Below, one piece after another: positions 1 through 9,068 of a stretch of 64,000 bases of DNA; within the stretch, counting starts at the first letter, position 1; each line of letters opens with the position of its first letter. Source of the stretch: Felis catus (taxonomy: Eukaryota); the NCBI RefSeq assembly GCF_018350175.1, contig NC_058368.1, forward strand, positions 62,622,001-62,686,000. Reading direction: 5' to 3'. Under the pieces are notes generated by a model. The model saw only the letters and a program-made list of their open reading frames with translations, was not told where the DNA came from and searched no databases. Position numbers and translations under genes: made by a program.

Positions 1-44
1 AGACAAAAAAGTAAAAATTGTAAAATTTCAATTATAGAAGTTTT

Positions 45-270
45 AAAACTGGTAAAAGCTAACCCACGATGCTAGAAATTAGGATAGTGATTATCTTTGG
101 AGATGAGTGTGGATAACTGGAAATGCCCTGAGTTTTGCCACTGATGTCCTCGGGTTCTTGATCACTGTGTTGATTACATATATGGACATGTTTACTTTGG
201 AAAAATAAACTCCCCACATATGACTTCCATAACTTTTAATGTATTTTATTCTTCAATTAAAATCTTAAAA
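45..270 (+). mobile_element. Old L1 (L1ME-like) 3' end fragment
   Basis: Resembles an L1M 3' UTR end (aggatagtgattatctttgg ... gtattttattcttcaattaaaa); highly diverged. Confidence 0.55.
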
Positions 271-1340
271 ACTCAGGCTATTATTAGACAGATATCATTA
301 GAACACTCTATTTTTGAAGGAAAAGAAAAGTTCAGGCATAATATATCAACATTATTCTGCTACATCGTATTATTTTTAAAAAACAGGCATCTGCCATTGA
401 ACACCTCCTATACTTGTATGACACCCAACCATACATCTTCCCTGGCACCCCATGTAGGAAGAACAGTATTCCAGCTGTTCTTTGCCTGTCTGAAATCTAT
501 TCCTGAATAATTCCAGCTGGCCTAAATGCAAATCTAATTTTACAGAGGTGATTCTTAGAAGCAACATCAAAGTCTTAAAATAGCGGCTAGTAATGAGACC
601 CAACAAATAGAGGCAAACTTTACATATCATCTACACTCAAATTAGTGCACAATCTGGTCACATATGACAACAAATTGTTTCCAAGACATTACAGTGCTGT
701 ACCCAGATGCTTATAATCAAATCTGCATGGTGATCAAAGTCAAAAGTCCTACACCTGTATTACATTCTGTTTGATATATTCAAAATGACTCTCTCATAGT
801 AATAAATTAAGGGCAGCAAAAATGTTTGCAGAGATGGTGGCAATATACTCTGGAAGGAAGAACGTGGATATCAAAATTTCATAGCAATTTGCCAGGGAGT
901 GTATCCTTAGATGATTCCACTTCACACCATGCTCCACCCACATTTGTCCAGTATTTCTATCTCTGCTGATATTGTTTATAATCCCTCCCTTTATATGTGC
1001 AGTTATTTCACTGGTTTCAAGTTAATAGATGTTATTCTATCTTAAGGCCAATTTTATGTGCATACCAGTAAATTCTAAGGCCACAGAGTTAGTAACAGTT
1101 GACTATAAATACACTGATATAATATTTTTCATCTTTAATAGTATACTATAGGACAAAGCAGGTAGCATACATAAGTAGATGATTAAATAATTAAATAACC
1201 AGTAATGCACTAATGCAGTTGATATAAGCACTAATTCCTTCTTATCTTTTTTACTTTCCCCCATCCTTCCCAAATGGGTGAATGGCAGCCTATCCTTTTC
1301 TGAGTTCTACTGCAAAAAATAAAAAATAAAAAATAAGTCG

Positions 1341-1552
1341 TTTATTTATTTATTTATTTATTTATTTATTATTTGAGAGAGAGAGAGTGCACAAGCAGGG
1401 GAGAGAGCAGAGGGTGAGAAAAAATCTTAAGCAGGCACCATGCTCGGTGCAGAGTCAGAGGCAAGACTTTATTTCACAACTAGGAGATCATGACCTGAGC
1501 CAAAATCAAGAGTCGGATGCCTAACTGACCAACCGAGTCACCCAGGTGCCTC
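1341..1552 (-). mobile_element. CanSINE (SINEC family)
   Basis: (TTTA)n tail, (GA)n tract, gagatcatgacctgagccaaaatcaagagtc, ends cacccaggtgcc. Confidence 0.92.
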
Positions 1553-2438
1553 AGCTATTGCAAAATTGTTGATCCGACATCAATCCCTCCATGTTTGGTG
1601 ATTTTGTCATCTTGGTGTAGTATTTCTCCAAACATATCTTTGATCCAGTATTTTCAGCATAAGGAAAATGATTCATTCCTTTCCTAGTTGAAGATTTTCA
1701 TTGACTCACTTTCCTTTGGCTATTCCCTGGTGTTCCATTCTACAAAGCAATGTTGTGGTAAACCAGAAGCCACAAAAAACTGCCCTCCAGATACATATTT
1801 TTAAATATGTTTTAAAATTATATCTTTTACTTGATATTTACAAACACCGACTTCTGCAATCTCCTACAAAGATGAAAAGCTCAGCTAAGAACAGACTCAA
1901 TCCCACATGGTAACTGCTGGACATGGACAGTGCAGAAAGCTATCTTTTTCAGTAGGGCACATACCCCTAGTTAGCAGCAGCATCCATTTACATGATGATT
2001 GCATACGCATTTATTCTTGCCACACCTCATTTATTTATATTACCTCGTGGCCACAATGGGCATTTGAACTGATAACCCCCATTAAAATTCCTAACAGGTT
2101 ACCTAATAGCTCTTGTAATTTGCCTTGAAATGTAGAAATTTCTCTTGCCTCTGAAATGAACTCCTCACCAGGATAAATAACCATTATTTGTCAGTTAGCT
2201 ATTAAAATCTGCTTCCAGTTTATTCTCCTTGTGGGGCTGAAGATGTGTCATCTCTCCCAGGTTTATTTTCCATGATTCTCCTATTTGAGAGTAATTTAAT
2301 AGAAACTAAGCAGTTGATTACCTTTTTTAAAAAGCCTCTTTTCCTTCACTGAAACCTGTTACTGAGAATATAAACTACAAAATATTTTAGAAAGGTATCT
2401 TTTTTCATTTCGAGCCTAAAGTCATATATATTAGTTTT

Positions 2439-2661
2439 GTTTTGTTTTGTTTTTATTTTTTAGTGTTTATTTGAGAGAGTGAGAAACAGAGCGTGAGCAG
2501 GGCAGGTGCAGAAAGAGAGAGAGGGAGAGAGACAGAGAATCTGAAGCGGACTCCAGGATCTGGGCTGTCAGCACAGAGCCTGATGTGGGGCTAGAACTCA
2601 CAGACCAGATCATGACCTGAGCTCAAGTCCAGACTCAAACGACTGAGCCACCAGGAGCCCC
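2439..2661 (-). mobile_element. CanSINE (SINEC_Fc-like)
   Basis: T-rich tail, GA tract, gctgtcagcacagagcc ... gactgagccaccagg. Confidence 0.92.
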
Positions 2662-2681
2662 CCCTCCCTTTTTGTAAGTTG

Positions 2682-2739
2682 TTTTTTTTTTTTTTTTGAA
2701 TGTATATTTATTTTTGAGAGAGAGACAGGGACAGAGAAT
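2682..2739 (-). mobile_element. 5'-truncated CanSINE (tail only)
   Basis: poly(T)-gaatgtatatttatttttgagagagagacag, the typical SINEC 3' end. Confidence 0.8.
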
Positions 2740-2740
2740 A

Positions 2741-3240
2741 TATATATTCGTTTTCAATCGTTGCATCAAAATCACCAAAGTCTATTTGCAACTTACAACA
2801 GAAGATATGTATTTTCTTACCATTTCTGCGGGTCAGTCATCTGGGCATGGCTTACCTGTGTCCTCTGCTTAGGGTCTCAACATCAAGGTGTCCCCAACTG
2901 TGGTTTGAATGGATGAGTCCACTCCTAGGCTCGTGGACAGAGACTGTTGGCAGAATTATTTGCACGCATTTGGCGGACTGAGGGCCCCAGCTTCTTGCTG
3001 GTTACTGACTGGAGGTCACTCTCTGCTCCTGCACCTGCAGCTCCTCAAGGCTGCCCCCAGTTTCTGGGCACACGGTCTTTCTCAACCCGGCCACCTGCTT
3101 CACTAAGCCAGCAAAGACCCCCTGGAGCGGTCCGCCAGCAAGATGGAGGCTCCCATGACATCACACATCATGGGCGTGGCCTGCATCTCTTCGGTTTGTC
3201 CTCTTGCGGAGAAGAGAGCCTCGCAGCCTTGATGAACTGC
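2741..3240 (-). mobile_element. MaLR LTR, MLT1F-like (left part; interrupted)
   Basis: Starts with the reverse-complemented LTR terminus (tattcgttttcaatcgttgc); typical MLT1F blocks tgggtcag..ggcatggctta..cctctgcttagggtctc, gactgagggccccag, aagccagcaa..gcaagatgga. Confidence 0.8.
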
Positions 3241-3720
3241 CTCAAGTCCTTGCTGTTGCTGGATCCGGTGCTCACTGAGAACGGTAAGCTGCTCCTTCGG
3301 GGCACCGGCCGGGTCAGCCTTCTGGGCCTAAACCCACGCGGGGCCAATAGGTTCTGCTCTTCCCGGCGTCGCCCTGCTGGCGGCCACCTCGGGCCTCACC
3401 CTCAAGACTGCTCAGCAACCATCACCACAGACACCGCCTGACCCGCGGCAGGAAGAGCTCGGCTCCGAGGTGGAGCTGAGACACCACCGAGACGAGTGGG
3501 AGGGTAGGCGGATGGTGGAGCATAGGCCTGAGACACTGAGATGCGGCCTCCTGCTGGGCGGAAGACAGGCTGGTGCTTCCGCTGCACCGCCCGCAGCCCT
3601 CCTCGTGCTCCCGCCCCGCCCCTCGTCCACCTGGGTTTCCCGCCTCAGGGCCTCAGACGCCCTCGCACAGTGACGGGTCGTGGGGTCCACTGTTGCCACT
3701 GGACAGAAACCCAAAATTTG
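3120..3720. promoter_or_regulatory. CpG island, promoter-like (GC boxes, ETS, E2F, CCAAT)
   Basis: About 40 CpGs counted by hand in 3121-3720 in an otherwise CpG-poor window; CCCGCCCCGCCCC 3610-3622, GCGGAAG 3558-3564 and CTTCCGC 3576-3582, TTTCCCGCC 3636-3644, GGCCAATAG 3342-3350. Confidence 0.65.
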
Positions 3721-3904
3721 TTGTTATCTCTTAAAGGATTGAGAATTGCATACGAAAACCTTAGGTAAAGTGAAAAAAAAAAAAAAAAGATGAACAGTTG
3801 GCTGGTGTAAATGCAAACCACCAAATCAAGGCAAAGTAACAACCCATGGGAAAATTATCGCCCAAGAAGGCAAACTGTATCCTCAGGGTGGGACTTAAGA
3901 ATAG

Positions 3905-3980
3905 TCAAGGAGAAGGGTTTACACAAGGGAGCCAACACCAGGACCCTAGGAAGTCACTGTAGAGGTTTGTCATACAATAC
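3905..3980 (-). mobile_element. MLT1F-like LTR (right remainder)
   Basis: tcaaggagaagggtttacacaagggagccaacaccagga matches the remembered MLT1F segment TCAAGGGGAGGGGATTACACAAGGGCGTGAATACCAGGA, which continues the left part. Confidence 0.75.
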
Positions 3981-3994
3981 GGGGCTTTTCCCCT

Positions 3995-4130
3995 GCTTTA
4001 CTGAGGGTATACTCAACAAATAAAAATTGTATATGTTTAAGGTGTACAATGTGATGTTTTCATATTCGTATCCATTGTGAACTGATTACCACAATCAACC
4101 TAATTAACATGTCTGTCACTTCACAAAGTT

Positions 4131-4172
<42 letters not shown>

Positions 4173-4248
4173 TGAGAGCACTTAACATAAACTCTCGATA
4201 AATGTCAAGTATACAATACGGTATTATTAACTGTAGTCAATATGTTTT
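3995..4248 (-). mobile_element. L1MA/L1MB-type 3' end
   Basis: aataaaaattgtatatgtttaaggtgtacaatgtgatgtttt ... attaccacaatcaa, typical of an antisense L1 3' UTR. Confidence 0.85.
4133..4170. repeat. (GT)19 microsatellite
   Basis: Perfect dinucleotide run. Confidence 0.95.
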
Positions 4249-5012
4249 TCGATATCTTCCTTTTGAGCATTACAATTCATTGCTACTGCATTAGTTGCAT
4301 TGGCTTCCCACAATGTTGAAGAAACAAAATTAATGAGCTTTAAAACATCTATTTGATGTAAACTGTGACACTTCTTAACCCCCTCTTTTTAAAATGAAAA
4401 CCAGAGATCTCTTTTTAGGGTATGATTTTCTAGATAAACTATTTTCCACATATAATATGCCAATTTATTTGTGTCAATAGTACAAAAAGAATCACTGAAA
4501 ATAACAACTGATTTAGACACCATTACAGAAGAAGCAAAATGCCTACTAGTCTTTCACACAGGTGACTAAATGTAAATGTGTAATTTGTAATTAGTGGAGT
4601 CAGGAGAGTCAAATATGGAGAAACTGAAGCTTTAAGATAGATTCACTGAAAAATAAAGAATTGGAGAATGTACAACCAGTGTGGATTTATGCATATAAAT
4701 TCAGAAATCTTCAAAGCAGGAATTTTTGGCAGTAGGTTTTTATCATTGAATTTTATAAATAACTAATATCTATAACAATAAGGAAAATATAAAAACCAAA
4801 AGTGTAAACACTTTCAAGTGCATAAAACAGTCTTTTAGATTCTAAAAGAAAATCATTCAGTGTGTGTGTGAATTTGAGGGGTAAGGTGGGTGTGGGGGGA
4901 GTTGCCAATCCATCTATCAGAGCTGCAATTCAGCTCAACATCACTTTTAATTTAGTGACTAATTTATTCTAATTTGTTTTTTCCCTCTTCCTGTTCAAGT
5001 TAATAAAAAAAT

Positions 5013-5186
5013 GGTGTAGTGGATAATAATGTAATTATGTGACTTCTCAGTTCAAACTTAACAACTCTGAACCTTCACTTTAAAATATATTATATGATGG
5101 TTTGATAATTAAGGAGATAGTATACCTATTAAACTGTTTAACAATACCTGAAAAATACAAAATGCCAGATACATGCTGGCTATTTT
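5013..5186 (+). mobile_element. MIR fragment
   Basis: ggtgtagtggata ... cttaacaactctgaaccttca ... attaaggagatagtatac; degenerate. Confidence 0.45.
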
Positions 5187-6557
5187 TATTGGGGAAAAAT
5201 GCACACATATCTGTATGCATATGGAAGTGTGTGTATTATACATATAGATATAGGTTTACACAAACATACATATGCTATCATGTAAATATGCAAATGTATA
5301 TTATGCAAACATACTAATTTTCTTCCACATAAAAATTCATGAAAAAGCATAGGGCGATATACAGTTATACTCCAGCATTTCATAGTAACTAAACACAAAA
5401 TGTTGAATTGAATTAAGCATGTAAGCGACAGCGGGACTTGAATGGTTCTAAAAGTCAGAGTAGTAGAGAAAAATATCACTAGGGGGAAACCACAACGTAG
5501 ACTGCTTAATCCACTTTGACTATTAGTTAAAGAATTTTTAAATTGTCAAAGATGAATAATTGTCAAATGCTTACTGCATTTTATGTTGTTTAGACAGCAC
5601 GACAGCCCCCCTAGCCAAATTTGTAATTTACCATAGCTTGGTATTCTTCAATTTTTGAGACTATTTTATTTTAAACTTTCCAAATAACAGCAGTGTTATT
5701 TGTTCTAATGCAATTCTGCAAATTGTGTCTGTGTACTGTCAATTACATTAAAAGCATATGCAGCAACACATTATAATCTGAAGAATAACACATTCTTCTA
5801 TTTCACTTTACAGTATATTTTATTTGCAAATGTGCGGTATTTTAAATTTATCATTTATATAAATATAAATTCTAATAATATCTTATAAATGTACTGTTAA
5901 TGTGAACTGTCTCACCAGAATGAGGCTAATTACTCCGTCATAAAATGCCATATGTCACCAAATGCCGGCATGGATACAGAGAAATTATTTCTCATCAATT
6001 GGTAGTGAGAATGTAAAAAGATACAACCACTCTATTTTTTTTTCAGTTTCTTAGGAAAGAACAACAACAATTAAAACTAAAAATACCCTTACCATGTGAC
6101 TCAGCAATCTCACTACTAGCCATTTATCCCAGAGAAAAGGAAATTTATGTTGATACAAAAACAGGCATGTGATATTTTATTTGTGGTAGCCTCAAACTGA
6201 AAACACCCCAAATGTTCTTCAACAGGTTAATGGCTAAACAGACTGTGATGGGTCCATTTCATGGAACACTGCTTAAAAATGGACAGTTACAAACTATCCG
6301 TACACGCAACAATTTGATTAATCTCAAGGGAATTATGCTGAAAGAAAAAAGCCTATCTCAAAAGAATATATACAGCATGATGATGTTTATCTACATTCTT
6401 TAAATGGCAAAACTATAGGAATGGTGTTGGAAGAAGTTGCGGGGAAAAAAGGTTTAACTATAACGGGGTAGCAAAAGGCAATTGATGGTGATGGAACAGT
6501 TAGGTATCATTTGTAGCAGTGGTTATGTGGCTCTGCATGTGATTACATTGCATAAAA

Positions 6558-6558
<1 letters not shown>

Positions 6559-6588
<30 letters not shown>
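6559..6588. repeat. (CA)15 microsatellite
   Basis: Perfect dinucleotide run inside L1. Confidence 0.95.
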
Positions 6589-6589
<1 letters not shown>

Positions 6590-6667
6590 GTGCCAATAAA
6601 ACTGGTAAAATCTGAATAAGGTCTACGGATTGTACCAATGTCATTATCCTGGTTTTGATATTGACTA

Positions 6668-7218
6668 TGTCAAAGATATAGACTGACATTAGTTAAAATG
6701 GTAAGGACAGGTTTTAATTAGTATGTACTATCACAATAGGCAAAAGAGTACAACATGAACTGACCTGGACTTCAGTTTCTTCAGAGGTGACTAGGTGTTT
6801 AAAAGGAAGAATGAGAGATTAGTGAAGGAGATAAGCAGGGGCTCAGTAGAGTTAGGAAAGTAAAAAATTACAAAAAGCTGAGGGGGTGGTCTATCTGAAA
6901 CTCATCTGGGTTTGCTGAGCGGGCACTTATTAAATAAAGTTAGGGTCTTCCTCCCACCCCCACTAAGGAGACTAGGAAACTAGAAGACAAAGGCTGATCT
7001 TCAAGTATTGGCTGGAAGAAATAGCGTCTTTTAGCAGCCTTGAGTTTTCCCAGGAAGGCCTTTGAAAGGAGGCTAACATCCTCCTAGGGATGGGGCCTTT
7101 ACCTGTTAGAAACTATGCTAGTATTTGTTCAAGTCTGGACTTGAACAAGGTGAAGGCCTACTCCAAAAGACGTCTCAGAGGAGCCTGGCAAGAGTTGGGT
7201 CTAGAAGAATCTTCGTCA
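6668..7218 (-). mobile_element. ERV1 solo LTR, MER39/MER93-like
   Basis: TG...CA termini; minus strand begins TGACGAAGATTCTTCTAGACCCAACTCTTGCCAGGCTCCTCTGAG; near-4-bp TSD acta/actt. Confidence 0.75.
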
Positions 7219-8026
7219 ACTTCAGTGATATAAGGGAAAACTGAGTTAATGGTACACAGGACCTGTCTGTATTGTCTTTGCAACTTCCTGTGAATCCATA
7301 ATTATTTCAAGATCAGAAGTTAAAAATATGTAATGTTTTGTATTGTCATAATTTAGTGTTGTTAATTTTTAATATGTTTAGAATTTACCCTAATCATTAG
7401 CAGTATATGGGTAGAGAATTTCCTAATCAACCAATATTCATTTGGGGATCCATAAAAAGTCTTTTTTTCATCAATATATTCTCAACACTAGGCAGATGCT
7501 TCCACATTTTAGATGCTTGGTTAATTTTGTATAATAAATGAATATATGGATGGTCAGCTTGTAGGTATTTACTAGAACTGTCTCATTCTCTTTAATCTGA
7601 CTGTATATTCACCAAAATTATATAACAGATTTAGTTGATAAGAAGCAGAGAGGCTGTCTTGCACCCTATGAGACTACATTTTTTACATCATAGTCCAGGA
7701 AGATAATGCTTCGCACCCTGGATTTGCTATTTTTCAAACATATACGTTGATTCACTTATTTTTTCAGTGTAAATCAATAAATTGGTATTCAATGGTCACC
7801 TTTAATTGTAATATAGCAAATTCATTTTCCAGATTGGGTTCCTACATTAATGGAATCAGCATAACAGCCAGAAAGTTAAAAGTCACATTTTAAGCTAATG
7901 GTAATCCTTTGAAGACAAGCAAAAAGTTCCATATTTTCCATACCTTATTTCTGAAAAGTGAATGTACATTATTTTTATTAACAAGTTATTTACACTGAAT
8001 AAACTTATTTTAAGAAATTAACGTGA

Positions 8027-8250
8027 GGGGTGCCTGGGTGGTTTAGTCAGTTAAGTGTTAAAGGTCGGCTCAGGTCATGACCTCACAGTTCCTGAGTTTG
8101 AGCCCCACATCGGGCTCTGTGCTGACAGCTCAGAGCCTGGAGCCTGCTTTGGATTCTGTGTCTCCCTCTTTCGCTGCCTCTCCCCACTCATGCTCTGTCT
8201 CTCTCAAAATTAAACACTAAAAATGTTTTTTTAATAAAATTTAAGAAAAA
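8027..8250 (+). mobile_element. CanSINE (SINEC_Fc-like)
   Basis: ggggtgcctgggtgg head, CT tract, A-rich tail; imperfect TSD attaa(c/t)gtga. Confidence 0.93.
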
Positions 8251-8857
8251 TATATTAATGTGAAAACTGATGCAATGTTGCCTAAAAAATACGTGTTCAA
8301 TAATCAATATCTTGATATCTAAACACAATAAGTTTTAAAAAAGTGATTCTTCCCCAAAATGCAGTTTGACTTCCTTTAAGCTCTAGAAATGCAATTCAGT
8401 AAATGAAAGGAATTTAAGAAATTTTGAAACTTAAGAAAAATTTTAAAAAATACATGTTTTTCTATTTGAGTCTTATGATTACTACTGAATGATGAGCTCA
8501 GGCCTAATTTTTATCATATCCTATCATATGCAGTTTTGTAAAAGTTTTTAAATTAGTCTGTAGTATCTCCTTCAATACTAAATAATAATCAGTAAAAGCA
8601 TTTAAGCAAAATAGTTTGAAACTGATAACCAGTGTGTGGACATATTGGTAATTAATAAATATACATTTCCTTCTGAATATCAGAGAATCACATGATTTAT
8701 TACATCTGAAATGAAATAATGATTAGTGGAAATCACACTTTCTTTCCAATGTCAACTAATACAGCATTGGAGTATCAGAGATTGAACAAATATATTCGAA
8801 AAAAAATAGTACATTTAAGCTATTTATATGTGACAAGACTTCTTTTCCTTCTAACAG

Positions 8858-9068
8858 CAGTGGTTCTCAACCAAGGCTGATTTTGCCTCCAGGGAGCATT
8901 TGACAATATCTGGGTCCATTTATGCTTGCTATATTTTGGTTTTCACTGCTACTGAAATATGGTACAAGAGGCCAGGGATTCTGCCAAACATCCTACCATG
9001 TCCGGGACAGTCCCTAAAACAAAGAATTATTTGACTCAAAATACCAAGTGTCAAGGTTAAGAACCCTA
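8858..9068 (+). mobile_element. MER20 (hAT-Charlie DNA transposon)
   Basis: Termini cagtggttctcaacc ... ggttaagaaccct; internal gaggccagggattctgccaaacatcctac, acaaagaattatt. Confidence 0.88.

Larger units (their letters stand above)
5912..7326 (+). mobile_element. L1MC/L1MD 3' region interrupted by an LTR at 6668-7218
   Basis: ORF2 end and 3' UTR motifs (cagcaatctcactactagccatttatcccagagaaa; ggattgtaccaatgtcattatcctggttttgatatt); resumes after 7218 with gggaaaactgagttaatggtacacagg ... tgtgaatccataattatttcaa. Confidence 0.85.

Noticed and set aside
376..630. Minus-strand ORF and an ILFFLHGVPG hydrolase-like peptide in another frame
   Set aside because: Weak splice acceptor and no extended similarity; likely chance
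2947..3441. 164-aa ORF and the other overlapping ORFs at 3402-3768
   Set aside because: Its first half is MLT1F LTR, it has a non-ATG start and no recognisable domain; long ORFs in several frames are expected in GC-rich DNA
3231..3795. Processed pseudogene ending at the A run
   Set aside because: No AATAAA, no identifiable protein, only a 7-bp candidate TSD, and unexplained sequence continues to 3904; kept only as an alternative hypothesis
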